Part shown: in pieces, positions 26,938 through 35,735 of the stretch | Numbering within the stretch: the stretch's first letter is position 1 | Layout: every line of letters starts with the position of its first letter | Virus record (IMG/VR): IMGVR_UViG_3300044983_000113 | Location: 1-44,380 of that record | Source of the DNA: a virus | Taxonomy: Duplodnaviria; Caudoviricetes | Strand: one strand, 5' to 3' | DNA length: 44,380 nucleotides | The notes under the pieces: generated by a model | Told to the model about the DNA's origin: nothing | The model's input: the letters and a program-made list of their open reading frames with translations, nothing else | Databases searched by the model: none | Translations under genes and position numbers: made by a program

Positions 26938-27228
26938 ATGGACTTCACCGAACGCATGGAACGCGGCCGCGACGCGGCGGCCGCCAAGAGGCACCGCGGG
27001 CAGACTACCGGCGCAAGCGCGGCCGACTGGAACCGCAAGCGCGGCGAGCATGAGGCCGGCACCTGGGACCATTTCGTGACGGTAGCCAAGGTGACACTGC
27101 AGCACGCCGTCGGCATGGCGCACGAGGAATATCTCAGGACGGTGTTTCCGGAGCGATACGACGACGTGACGCTTGACGAAGTGGTGGCGGCCCGCATTGC
27201 CGCCGAGCTCGACGCGATACCGTTCTAG
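26938..27228 (+). CDS. hypothetical protein
   Basis: MDFTERMERG..., GAGGG RBS. Confidence 0.6.
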   Translation: MDFTERMERGRDAAAAKRHRGQTTGASAADWNRKRGEHEAGTWDHFVTVAKVTLQHAVGMAHEEYLRTVFPERYDDVTLDEVVAARIAAELDAIPF

Positions 27229-27237
27229 GGGGAACCG

Positions 27238-27411
27238 ATGAAACCGCACCAGCAAACGCTCGATCAATGCGAGCACGATCAGGCCGGCATGCTCAAAAGG
27301 CGCGCTGTAGCGGCATTGAAACCGAGCAAGCCGCAGCTGCCTTGCGACGTCGGCCTGTTCTCGGATGAAGCCGACCAGCTAGACCTTGTGAGCCTGTTCC
27401 GCGAGCGGTAG
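27238..27411 (+). CDS. hypothetical protein
   Basis: Hand translation MKPHQQTLDQCE...PQLPCDVGLFSDEADQLDL. Confidence 0.55.
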   Translation: MKPHQQTLDQCEHDQAGMLKRRAVAALKPSKPQLPCDVGLFSDEADQLDLVSLFRER

Positions 27412-27423
27412 GCGCACTGTAGC

Positions 27424-27458
27424 GGGCCCGGGTAGCCGCCAAGCCGCCCGGGCCCTTT
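27424..27458 (+). terminator. putative intrinsic terminator
   Basis: GGGCCCGGG...CCCGGGCCC stem with a short T tract. Confidence 0.55.
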
Positions 27459-27509
27459 CACCATGCCGCGCGCCGTTGGCGCCTAGAGGCAACACCAAGG
27501 GGCAGCACG

Positions 27510-27698
27510 ATGACCACGAAACAATATCTCGCCGCGATCAAAAAGCTAGGCTTGTCGCAACTCGGCGCGGGCCGATGGCTTGGCGTTTCGCCGCGCACCG
27601 CGCAGAACTATGCCGCCGGCAAGCCTATACCCGAGCCGGTGGCGAAGCTGTTGCGCCTGGTGGTACGGCTGGATCTGAAGCCGGAGGACGTGGCATAG
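27510..27698 (+). CDS. XRE-type HTH regulator
   Basis: LGLSQLGAGRWLGVSPRTAQNYAAGKPIPEPVAKLLRL. Confidence 0.85.
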   Translation: MTTKQYLAAIKKLGLSQLGAGRWLGVSPRTAQNYAAGKPIPEPVAKLLRLVVRLDLKPEDVA

Positions 27699-28158
27699 CC
27701 TTTGCGCGTTTCCACCGCGCGCGCGCCGCGTTGCGGGCGATTTTCCGCCGCTTCCCGGGCGAGATTTTGCGTAGCCTACCATCACGCGCCTTTAGGGAAC
27801 ATTCGCGCGAGAAATCCCTGAGAACAAAGGGTTTTGCGCGCTGCAGCATACGCATGCTCACCTTGGTGAGCATAAGCCGTACGTGATCGCCGTTTCGCCG
27901 CTCCCAGCGCTCCTCCATCCGCGCCAGCGCTTCGGGATTCGGCCGCATCACGAGCTCGACGGCGAACAACTCAAGGAACACGTCCAGCACCGTTCCGCTC
28001 AAACCTTTCGCGCGTGTCGGGCCCAGCACCTTGTCGCAATGCCCGGTGGTGAGGCCGCCGACCTGATCGACGAATTCGTTGGACAATCCGAGCTGCGCTT
28101 TCATCCCGCGCAGTGCTTCGATCAGGTCGTCGGTGCAGCGGATCGGGGCGTCTGTCAT
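27625..28158 (-). CDS. putative DNA-binding protein
   Basis: HTH-like N-terminus (LGLSNEFVDQVGGL) and basic tail RRKIARNAARARW. Confidence 0.7.
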   Translation of the reverse strand: MTDAPIRCTDDLIEALRGMKAQLGLSNEFVDQVGGLTTGHCDKVLGPTRAKGLSGTVLDVFLELFAVELVMRPNPEALARMEERWERRNGDHVRLMLTKVSMRMLQRAKPFVLRDFSRECSLKARDGRLRKISPGKRRKIARNAARARWKRAKAMPRPPASDPAVPPGATASPPARV

Positions 28159-28574
28159 TCGGGCAGCGCGTCGTTGGCATGGTTGCGGATGGCGATCAGC
28201 ACGGTCTCGAGCTGCGCGCGGGCAATGCGGGCGGCCTCGGCTTCGGCCTTGGCGGCGGCGGTGCGCGCGCGCTCGCCCTCAAGCTCGCTCATGAGCCGCG
28301 TTTCGTTGCTCTCGAATTGCTCGATCCGCGCCAGCGCCTGGTCGCGCTCGGCAATCGCCGCATCGCGTGATTGCTGGATCTCCTCGATCTGCATGGCGAT
28401 GCGCGCGGCGTTGGCGCTGAGCGGCGGCGGCGGCTCGGTCTTGCCGTTGGTCCGCACGTCGTAGCGCTTGCGCGCGGTCTCGCCGGCAAACTGCAGCCCG
28501 CGCTTTTCCATGATCCTGGCACCGGCCAGATAGCTTTCATCGGTGTTGTCTGAGCTGATCATCGGCTTCCCCAT
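28155..28574 (-). CDS. coiled-coil hypothetical protein
   Basis: Heptad-rich; start uncertain. Confidence 0.6.
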   Translation of the reverse strand: MGKPMISSDNTDESYLAGARIMEKRGLQFAGETARKRYDVRTNGKTEPPPPLSANAARIAMQIEEIQQSRDAAIAERDQALARIEQFESNETRLMSELEGERARTAAAKAEAEAARIARAQLETVLIAIRNHANDALPE

Positions 28575-28771
28575 CGTTGCTCGAAACTCGGTTCCTCGTT
28601 GCCGTCCGGGTCGAATCGGATCGTGCGGACCTTGCGCGGCTCGACCTCGCCTGGAGGCGGCGGTGGCGGCTTGCGCGGCCTCACACGGTAGAATTTCCGT
28701 CGCGCCGCTCCATCGGCAGCGGCGGGCACCAAAACCGCACAGGCGGCCAGCAGGAGCGCGCGGCGGGTCAT
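28559..28771 (-). CDS. hypothetical protein, possible signal peptide
   Basis: MTRRALLLAACAVLVPAAA; ATGA coupling. Confidence 0.5.
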   Translation of the reverse strand: MTRRALLLAACAVLVPAAADGAARRKFYRVRPRKPPPPPPGEVEPRKVRTIRFDPDGNEEPSFEQRWGSR

Positions 28772-29463
28772 TCGGCGGCCTCCGCGGCAAGGCGGTCAGC
28801 TTCGGCGCCGATCATCACGGCGCTATCCATGCGGTCATCTGGTCGCGGGCCGCGGCGCAGGTCGACGCTGAGCTTTTTGAAACCCTCTGCCACATACGCG
28901 CGATCCTCAGCAGTCTGCGCCCCCGACTTCATCGCCTCGTCGAGCGGCACCGCAGCGAGCAACCCGGCGACGTGCGCCGCCATGGACCGCACCGGCTCGA
29001 GCAGCCCGCGCGCGATGGCGCGCAGCACCGCTGGAGCCGGCGCCCAGCGATAGTCATAGTCCTGCCCGCAATCGCCCTTGTGCCAGTGCCGCACGGCCTC
29101 CGCGACCGCCCACGGCGGCACGTCGTCGAGGGATTCGAGATACGCCTCGGCGCGCGCCTTGCCGGTCTCTGTGGATGCGCCCGCCACCGGATAGGTCAGC
29201 AGCATCTTCGCGACCACGCCGAGCCGCTGCTTGCGCGCGTCGGTGCCGTCATCGGACACTGTCGCGGCATTGAGCCTGACGAGGATCTTCTCAGCCTCGG
29301 CGCGCTCCTCAGTGCTCAATGATTGGCCCGCCGGCAGGTAAGTCCGCGTCGGCCGGTTCGGCCAACTGACCGTCCCGATCGAGATCCGCCGCAACTTCCG
29401 CAAGGCCGGCGAAGAAATCATCAGCACCGGATCGGCGAGGTGGGTGGTGAGATCGTTGGCCAT
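28768..29463 (-). CDS. replication-associated protein (lambda P position)
   Basis: YLESLDDVPPWAVAEAVRHW...WAPAPAVLR; follows the initiator. Confidence 0.6.
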   Translation of the reverse strand: MANDLTTHLADPVLMISSPALRKLRRISIGTVSWPNRPTRTYLPAGQSLSTEERAEAEKILVRLNAATVSDDGTDARKQRLGVVAKMLLTYPVAGASTETGKARAEAYLESLDDVPPWAVAEAVRHWHKGDCGQDYDYRWAPAPAVLRAIARGLLEPVRSMAAHVAGLLAAVPLDEAMKSGAQTAEDRAYVAEGFKKLSVDLRRGPRPDDRMDSAVMIGAEADRLAAEAAE

Positions 29464-30022
29464 TCGGGGTTTCCTTCGGAGGCTCATCGGTCCATCGGTG
29501 CTGGTTCAGCCACGTTGCCGGGTTGCACCAGGGCCGATCGTCGGTTTTCGCGACATACCGGCGCAATCCTGCAATGAGTTCGGTGAAATCGACGACGCGA
29601 AGCCGACGCACGTGCTCGAGCGCTTTCGCCGCTGCCTGCTTTCCGATCCTGTTCGGGTAGATTTCCCAAAATCGATCGAAGTGGTCAGCTGGCCAGCCGT
29701 CGTCGGCAGGCGTGCGCGCCGCGGGAACGGACGTGGGGGTTGAGGGGGTAGTTATAGGAAGGGGTGTGGGGGAACCATTAGAAGGGGGAGAAGGGGGCCT
29801 CTGATCATTCTGATCACTATGATCATTCTGATCAGAAATGATCAGTTCTGATCGCTTCTTTGCCTCATATCGGGCCTGCGCCTCTGCGTGCTTCGATCGT
29901 CCGCCAGTGCGCGCGGCCGCCGCGCCAGCCGCTACGGCAAGTTCAGTCACGAGCGCGATCTGATCAGGCGTCAGTCCGGTGCCGACGAGTTCAGCCGTGA
30001 TCTCGCGGACGCTGCGGTTCAT
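29309..30022 (-). CDS. replication initiator (lambda O-like)
   Basis: FDRFWEIYPNRIGKQAA...NPATWLNQHRWTDE; internal iterons. Confidence 0.8.
   Translation of the reverse strand: MNRSVREITAELVGTGLTPDQIALVTELAVAAGAAAARTGGRSKHAEAQARYEAKKRSELIISDQNDHSDQNDQRPPSPPSNGSPTPLPITTPSTPTSVPAARTPADDGWPADHFDRFWEIYPNRIGKQAAAKALEHVRRLRVVDFTELIAGLRRYVAKTDDRPWCNPATWLNQHRWTDEPPKETPNGQRSHHPPRRSGADDFFAGLAEVAADLDRDGQLAEPADADLPAGGPIIEH
29802..29854. repeat. putative origin iterons (6 x TGATCR)
   Basis: TGATCA at 29802, 29811, 29820, 29829, 29839; TGATCG at 29849. Confidence 0.7.
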
Positions 30023-30384
30023 GCCGCGACTCCGCGCAGCAATCCCCACTGTTCCAGCGTGTCGATCGCCTCGTCGAGCCCGACGGCGCACGCCCAGAAC
30101 GCGCCCGCGGCGAGCAGCTGCTCCTTCACGGCCAGCTGCTCGTCGCTCGGCTTTTGCTTCGCCTTGGCGGCGTCCTCGGATTTGAGCTCCAGCCCGTAGA
30201 CGGCGCCGGCGCGGATCACGATCACGTCGGGCACGCCGCTCACCACGCCGAGCCCGGCATTGATGCCGCGGCTGCGGCCGCGCTGGTGAACACCGCCGTT
30301 CTTTGGGTGAAACGCGAAGACGCCAGGCGCCGGCCGCTGGCGCAGATGCTTGAACACCGCTTTCTGGATCTCGTTCTCGTTCAC
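30019..30384 (-). CDS. VRR-NUC domain nuclease/resolvase
   Basis: ENEIQ, HPKNGG, GVVSGVPD, LELK, SDEQ. Confidence 0.85.
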   Translation of the reverse strand: MNENEIQKAVFKHLRQRPAPGVFAFHPKNGGVHQRGRSRGINAGLGVVSGVPDVIVIRAGAVYGLELKSEDAAKAKQKPSDEQLAVKEQLLAAGAFWACAVGLDEAIDTLEQWGLLRGVAA

Positions 30385-30830
30385 GACGTTGTCGGCCCCG
30401 CTCCGATCGCCACGCGGCCGCCGTCCTTGTCGATGAAGGCCGCGGTGTAGCCCTTGGCCTTCTCGTCCTCGGTCAGATCCGTCGGCGTGCCGAACGCCGC
30501 AACGGCGCGCTGCAGCCCGGATTGGCCCAAAGGAAGGTCAGCTAGCATCCCCAGCGCGTGCTTGTAGACGTCGACGGCGTGCTCGAGCGCTTCCTGCTTT
30601 TGCTTGTCGGCCTTCCGCACCTTGACGATGTGGCGCATCGCCTTGGTGTCGAAGCCGGCATCGTTTGCGGATGCGTAGATTTCGCCGATGTCGTCGACGA
30701 TCTCCTGCTTCTCGGCTTCCCAGCGCTCGATTTCGCTGATGTAGCCCTTGAGCTGCGCCGCGCGCTCGGCGATGAGCGGGCCCCCATTATGCCCAAGCTT
30801 CGGTTCGGCCTGCTTTTTCTTCCGTGCCAT
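30381..30830 (-). CDS. DUF2312/GapR-like DNA-binding protein
   Basis: GHN...LKGYISEIERWEAEK...IGEIYASANDAGFDTKAMRHIVKVRK...YKHALGM. Confidence 0.85.
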   Translation of the reverse strand: MARKKKQAEPKLGHNGGPLIAERAAQLKGYISEIERWEAEKQEIVDDIGEIYASANDAGFDTKAMRHIVKVRKADKQKQEALEHAVDVYKHALGMLADLPLGQSGLQRAVAAFGTPTDLTEDEKAKGYTAAFIDKDGGRVAIGAGPTTS

Positions 30831-30945
30831 GCCCGCCTCCTTGGTTGTGGAAAACACGAAAGGCGCCTCAAGCGGCGCAGCACGCAAACGCTACAATCAC
30901 ACCTACGAAAACCGGCCGCCGCGTAGGGCGCGACGACCGGCTTGC

Positions 30946-31140
30946 TCATTTCTCGTGCGACAGTTCTGTTTTTCCTGCAGTCCTCCCTGTGCGTTGCGAA
31001 CTCAGCGCGCCGGCGACGGGCGCATCGACCACGCGATCAGGTGCGACGTGTTCGGCCCACCACGCGCGCGCGCGCGCGAGCTGGGCCGCTTTTTTCTGCT
31101 GGTACGTGAGAGGAACGGGATGGATGCGGGTGCGGCTCAT
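30946..31140 (-). CDS. hypothetical protein
   Basis: 64 aa, ATGA coupling. Confidence 0.45.
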   Translation of the reverse strand: MSRTRIHPVPLTYQQKKAAQLARARAWWAEHVAPDRVVDAPVAGALSSQRTGRTAGKTELSHEK

Positions 31141-31508
31141 GACTGACCCCGCGCGCGATCACGGCCTAGGACTTCCAGAACCGCAGAAAGGTCCGCGCGA
31201 ACCGCCGCAGCTTCGTCACTACGAGGGTCCACACCAGTTTGCTTGTGGACGGCGAGTTCATGCTGCAGCCTCGATATTTCGGCCTCGAGCTCGCGGATCA
31301 CCCTGGCGCGCAGTGCGTCACGCAGCCAGCCGGCGATCCGCTTGAGCCGATTGCGCTGCAGGTTTTCGATCGTACCCGGCGCGGCGCCGAGCGAGCGAGC
31401 GACATTGCGGCGCGCGCGCTGGCGGTCGCCACACCGCCGAGCCTCTTGATCGACAAGGAGATTTGCGAGGTTTCGCGCCTCGGTCGCTTCGGCCAACGCA
31501 TTACTCAT
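31137..31508 (-). CDS. CII-like HTH protein
   Basis: VARSLGAAPGTIENLQRNRLK; position downstream of cro. Confidence 0.6.
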   Translation of the reverse strand: MSNALAEATEARNLANLLVDQEARRCGDRQRARRNVARSLGAAPGTIENLQRNRLKRIAGWLRDALRARVIRELEAEISRLQHELAVHKQTGVDPRSDEAAAVRADLSAVLEVLGRDRARGQS

Positions 31509-32103
31509 GACAGGCCCCCGATGGATGGTTTGTCCGCGCGCGCGGATGAAACGTCCTCGCCCGCGGATGCTTTTGCCGGCGCGCCCGCGCACGCTTGACG
31601 GCATGACGATCGATCACGAGATGAACGGACCCGCGCGGGTGTCTGCGTACGGAACGGCGCCAGCAGCTTGCCCCCGCTGGCGTCGTTCCGATGACGCTGT
31701 GGAATTAGCACCGGCCCGGCGCAGCGATGGATCCGGGAGGCTCCGGGCCGGGCTGCGCGACGGGAAACGACGGGACCCGCCGCGAAGGAATGGGCTACGG
31801 TCGCTATGCGCGAGGATCTCGGATTGCTTGTGGCCAGCGCGGCGTCGCTCGCTATCGTGCTCGCCGGGTTCACGATTTGGGCGATCTGGTGGTGAGACGA
31901 AGCAGTTCCGTGCGGAGCAGCGTTCACGGAATTGTCAATTGCGCAAATTGGATATGCGTCAGCAAAGTTGTGGAAAACTGCCCACCCGTTGCGGCATTCG
32001 GTATCGGGGAACTGACAATTTCGACACGGCCGAAGGTACAATGTCCGCTTGTGTACCCGTCTGGGGGGTACTCTATGAGCGAAATCGTTCGGTTCCCGCG
32101 CCG

Positions 32104-32346
32104 TCATGCGCACGCGCTCTCTGTCGGCGCGGTGGGCGCGCGGGCAACAAGGCTCGCAAACAGTTCAAGCGTGATCTCGTTGCGGCCGCGCTCGCCGGCG
32201 AGCCGCACCAGCGCCACCCAATGCGGGGACGGGATGCCGCCGCGCCGCGTGCGCCAGCTGCTCACCGTGGAGTCGGACAGTGACAGGGCGGCGGCGACCT
32301 GGCCGGTGCCACCGAGTGCATCGATGATCGAGCCTGCTGTGGTCAT
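32104..32346 (-). CDS. Cro-like repressor
   Basis: IIDALGGTGQVAAALSLSDSTVSSWRTRRGGIPSPHW; divergent from CI. Confidence 0.85.
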   Translation of the reverse strand: MTTAGSIIDALGGTGQVAAALSLSDSTVSSWRTRRGGIPSPHWVALVRLAGERGRNEITLELFASLVARAPTAPTESACA

Positions 32347-32353
32347 ACCGACC

Positions 32354-32403
32354 CTTATAGTTCGCACGCCGCGAACCAGTCAAGAGTTCGCAAGCCACGA
32401 AAC
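32354..32403 (-). promoter_or_regulatory. cro promoter with two operators
   Basis: TTGACT-18nt-TATAAG; operators AGTTCGC-N5-GCGAACC (32359-32377) and AGTTCGC-N5-ACGAAAC (32385-32403). Confidence 0.8.
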
Positions 32404-32437
32404 GACATTTTCCGCCGACCGTGTTCCACTTTCGCCC

Positions 32438-32707
32438 ATGGTCGACCCGCCCAAAAAAATCGGCGAGAGGCTCAAGGCACTGCGCCTGGCGCTCGAAGTG
32501 CCGACTCAGATGGCGTTTGCGAACGAGATCGGCGTCGAGAAAAACACCTACAATCCTTGGGAAAAAGGGTCACGCGTCCTGACCTTTGAGGGCGCCTGCC
32601 TGATCCGCCGGCGGTTCGGCGTGCCGCTCGACTTCCTGTTTTTCGGCGAGATGGGCGGCCTCCCGGTATGGCTGCACCGTAAACTGATCGACCAGCGCGC
32701 CGCCTGA
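32438..32707 (+). CDS. CI-like XRE repressor (89 aa, HTH only)
   Basis: GERLKALRLA...TQMAFANEIGVEKNTYNPWEKG...FGVPLDFLFFG. Confidence 0.88.
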   Translation: MVDPPKKIGERLKALRLALEVPTQMAFANEIGVEKNTYNPWEKGSRVLTFEGACLIRRRFGVPLDFLFFGEMGGLPVWLHRKLIDQRAA

Positions 32708-32710
32708 TAA

Positions 32711-32764
32711 AGTTCGCAGACCGCGAATTATTTCTTGACTAGTTCGCACCCCGCGAACTATGGT
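32711..32764 (+). promoter_or_regulatory. rightward early promoter with two operators
   Basis: TTGACT(32735)-18nt-TATGGT; operators at 32711-32729 and 32741-32759 (AGTTCGC-N5-GCGAACT). Confidence 0.85.
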
Positions 32765-32787
32765 GATTTCCAGCAATGGAGGTCACC

Positions 32788-33057
32788 ATGCCCCGGATCC
32801 TCACCGCCCCCCTTTTCGATGACGACCTGCCGCGACTCGCCACCGGCGACAACTGGATCGCCTGGTACGACGGGCCGCGAGGGGCCGGCGAGCATGGCAG
32901 CGGCAACACCGAGGCGCGCGCCGTCGCGGATCTGATCGAGAACCACCCGCGCGGCTATCCGGACTGCGAGCGCACGATCGCGCGCGCGGCGCGGATCAAG
33001 CGCCTGTTCTCCACGCTGCACAGCGACACGATCGCGGCGCTGCAGGCTGCGGAGTGA
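32788..33057 (+). CDS. hypothetical early protein
   Basis: GGAGGT RBS; first gene after the promoter. Confidence 0.65.
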   Translation: MPRILTAPLFDDDLPRLATGDNWIAWYDGPRGAGEHGSGNTEARAVADLIENHPRGYPDCERTIARAARIKRLFSTLHSDTIAALQAAE

Positions 33058-33062
33058 CGATC

Positions 33063-33290
33063 ATGTGCCTCCCCGGATACGACGACTGGAAAACGCACAA
33101 CCCGGACGACAACCGCTGCGAGTTCTGCGGGGTGCATCCCCGCGAGTGCCGCGGCGGCTGGCAGCCGGATCGCTGCACCGGAGAGTGCCGCCGAAGCTGG
33201 CGCGATCCTGACTACGAATACGACCAGATGCGTGATGAGCCGCTCGATCCGATGCGCGGCGTCGATTTCCCCTTCGCGGAGAACCACTGA
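33063..33290 (+). CDS. Cys-rich hypothetical protein
   Basis: LPGYDDWKT...CEFC...RDPDYEYD. Confidence 0.65.
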   Translation: MCLPGYDDWKTHNPDDNRCEFCGVHPRECRGGWQPDRCTGECRRSWRDPDYEYDQMRDEPLDPMRGVDFPFAENH

Positions 33291-33291
33291 C

Positions 33292-33393
33292 ATGCGTGAC
33301 GACCTTATCGCCATGAAGCACGCGCTGATCGCCGAGGGCGTCGCGGTCGCGCTGATCCTCGCCATGGGGTTCATCTGGATGAGGCTAATCTGA
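33292..33393 (+). CDS. 33-aa TM peptide
   Basis: MRDDLIAMKHALIAEGVAVALILAMGFIWMRLI; TGATG coupling. Confidence 0.5.
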   Translation: MRDDLIAMKHALIAEGVAVALILAMGFIWMRLI

Positions 33394-34304
33394 TGATCAC
33401 GAAGCCCGGTACCTACATCAACATCAGCGCCGCGGACTATCACGCTGACCCGTGCCCGACGCCGAGCCTGACGCAGTCGATCGCGAAGATCCTGCTCGAG
33501 CGCTCGCCGCTGCACGCCTGGCACGCTCACCCGCGGCTCAACCCCGACTACAAGCACGACGACGACACCAAGTTCGACGTCGGCAACGTGGCGCACAAGA
33601 TGCTGCTCGGCCGTGGCAAGGACATCGAGGTGCTGGACTTCAACGACTGGCGCACGAACGCCGCGAAGGAGCGGCGCGACGAGGCTATCAAGTCGGGCAA
33701 GATCGCGGTGCTCGGCAAGACGATGGCGAAGGCCGAGCGAATGGTCAACGCTGCGCGCGAGCAACTCGCCGCCTTCGGGATCGACCAGTTCGATGGCGAC
33801 AGCGAAGCCGTGATCGCGTGGGAGGAAGACGGCATCTGGGCACGCGCCATGATCGACCGGCTATCCTCCGCGCGCACGCTGGTGGTCGACTACAAGACGA
33901 GCGGCATGTCGTGCTCGCCTCACGTTCTCGGCCGGATGATGGACTCGGCGGGCTGGCACATCCAGGCCGCGATGCACCAGCGCGGGCTCGACGCCGTGCA
34001 CCCGGCGAGCAAAGGGATGCGCCAGCACCTGTTCGTCGCGCAGGAGGACGAGCGGCCGTATTGCCTGACCGTCGCCGAGATCCCGCGCGACGCACTGAGC
34101 ATCGGCGGCAAGATGATCGACGCGGCGTTCACGCAATGGCGCCGCTGCATGCGCGCCGATCACTGGCCCGGATACGCGCCCGAAATCGTCAAGCCCGAGC
34201 TCCCCGGCTGGGCGGAGCAGCAATGGCTAGACCGCGAGATCAAACAGGCCGCGCGCGCCCGCGTGCCGAGCGCCTCCGACCCCGATTTCATGATGGCAGG
34301 CTAG
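33393..34304 (+). CDS. PD-(D/E)XK exonuclease (RecE/ExoVIII-like)
   Basis: YHAD...SLTQS, GNVAH, RAMIDRL, VDYKT, HIQAA. Confidence 0.85.
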   Translation: MITKPGTYINISAADYHADPCPTPSLTQSIAKILLERSPLHAWHAHPRLNPDYKHDDDTKFDVGNVAHKMLLGRGKDIEVLDFNDWRTNAAKERRDEAIKSGKIAVLGKTMAKAERMVNAAREQLAAFGIDQFDGDSEAVIAWEEDGIWARAMIDRLSSARTLVVDYKTSGMSCSPHVLGRMMDSAGWHIQAAMHQRGLDAVHPASKGMRQHLFVAQEDERPYCLTVAEIPRDALSIGGKMIDAAFTQWRRCMRADHWPGYAPEIVKPELPGWAEQQWLDREIKQAARARVPSASDPDFMMAG

Positions 34305-34703
34305 ATGCGACCGAACCGCAGTCTCGTTCACATGCTCGCCGTGTTCGCGACGCGAATGGAGATCGACCACGCTCCGGCCGACATGGTGAAGGCGCTAAAA
34401 CTGCTTTCGTCGGATCGAACAATACGCGCGGCCGAACACCGCAATTGGAGCGCCGAGCAAGAAAAGCGCGTTGAGCGGCAGAGAACCCTGTTTGCGATGC
34501 TGCCGAGCACGAACGCAACCGACCGCCTCAAAGACGCGATGCTACAGCGTGCCTACGACCTTCTCTGGGATGGCGACTCCATGGGGTGCGATGCGCTCAT
34601 CGAATTCATGCCTGAGCGCGATGTCACAAGGATGCTCGACGCATGGTCGCACGACTTTGAGGGCGACGTTCCGAAATCCAAGTTTCACGAGGCAGGATCA
34701 TGA
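34305..34703 (+). CDS. hypothetical protein
   Basis: 132 aa, coupled on both sides. Confidence 0.7.
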   Translation: MRPNRSLVHMLAVFATRMEIDHAPADMVKALKLLSSDRTIRAAEHRNWSAEQEKRVERQRTLFAMLPSTNATDRLKDAMLQRAYDLLWDGDSMGCDALIEFMPERDVTRMLDAWSHDFEGDVPKSKFHEAGS

Positions 34704-35710
34704 ACCAGCACAGCGGCGCGACCGCATTCCGTCCGGCGACGCGCGCCGAGGCCAAGCCGCTGATCGGGCTCTATGCCGAGTCCGGCAACGGCAAGACGTG
34801 GAGCGCGCTGCTGCTCGCACGCGGTTTCGTCGGGCCAAACGGTAAGATCGGCATGATTGAGACAGAGGGCGGCCGCGGCGAGGCGAACGTTGGGCGCGAG
34901 CCGGTCGGGCAATACCTCGTGCGGCCGATCCGCGGCAGCTTCTCGCCGGAGGAATACGGTAAGGCAATCACCGATGCCGAGGCCGCCGGGCTTGACGCGC
35001 TGATCATCGACAGTGCGAGCCACGAATGGGAAGGCGCCGGCGGTGTGCTCTCGATGGCGGCCGACAACCAGGCGAAGGGCGTCAAGGGCGTGCTCGTGTG
35101 GCAGCAGCCGAAGATCCAGCATCAGCGCAATTTCATGCTGCGCCTGATGCAAACGCCGATCCCGCTCGTCATCGTGTGCATGCGCGCGAAGTATCCGATG
35201 GAGCAGGTCAAGGGCGAGTGGCAACGATCGAAGGTGCTCGAGCCCAAGCAGGCCGACGACATCCTGTTTGAGATGTTTGTGCACGGCTGGATCGACGCCG
35301 AGCACAAACTGCACGTCACCAAATACACGCTGCCAGAGCTCGCGAACGTCATCAAAGACGGCGAGCCGATCAGCATCGACACCGGCCGCCGCCTCGCCGA
35401 GTGGGCGAAGGGCGGCACAGTCACGCCGCACCAACAAAAGGATACCGCGGCGGACCCGGGCGCCTCGCCTCCGCCGAACAAAGAGAGCGAGGCGCCCGAC
35501 GTTCCTACAGCAGAGAGCTACGTCGAGCGGTGGACGACGATGCTCAACGGCGCATCGAACGCCGCGCACGCCGAGGCGATCGCGAAGAACTGGAATAGCG
35601 AGAAGCCGCTGCGCAACAAGATCATCTGGCCGGAAGACGACACGTTCGAGCGACTCCGCAACAAGGTGACCGACGCCGTGAAGATGCTCAAGGAAGGCAC
35701 GACCACGTAG
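34700..35710 (+). CDS. Sak4-like AAA ATPase recombinase
   Basis: Walker A AESGNGKT, Walker B LIIDSASHEWEG; next to the exonuclease. Confidence 0.85.
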   Translation: MNQHSGATAFRPATRAEAKPLIGLYAESGNGKTWSALLLARGFVGPNGKIGMIETEGGRGEANVGREPVGQYLVRPIRGSFSPEEYGKAITDAEAAGLDALIIDSASHEWEGAGGVLSMAADNQAKGVKGVLVWQQPKIQHQRNFMLRLMQTPIPLVIVCMRAKYPMEQVKGEWQRSKVLEPKQADDILFEMFVHGWIDAEHKLHVTKYTLPELANVIKDGEPISIDTGRRLAEWAKGGTVTPHQQKDTAADPGASPPPNKESEAPDVPTAESYVERWTTMLNGASNAAHAEAIAKNWNSEKPLRNKIIWPEDDTFERLRNKVTDAVKMLKEGTTT

Positions 35711-35735
35711 ATGCCGAGTAAGTGAGGATGAACCA

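Noticed and set aside
31727-32437. 326-aa extended repressor ORF
   Set aside because: The extension is antisense to cro and crosses the operators; the HTH begins at ATG 32438.
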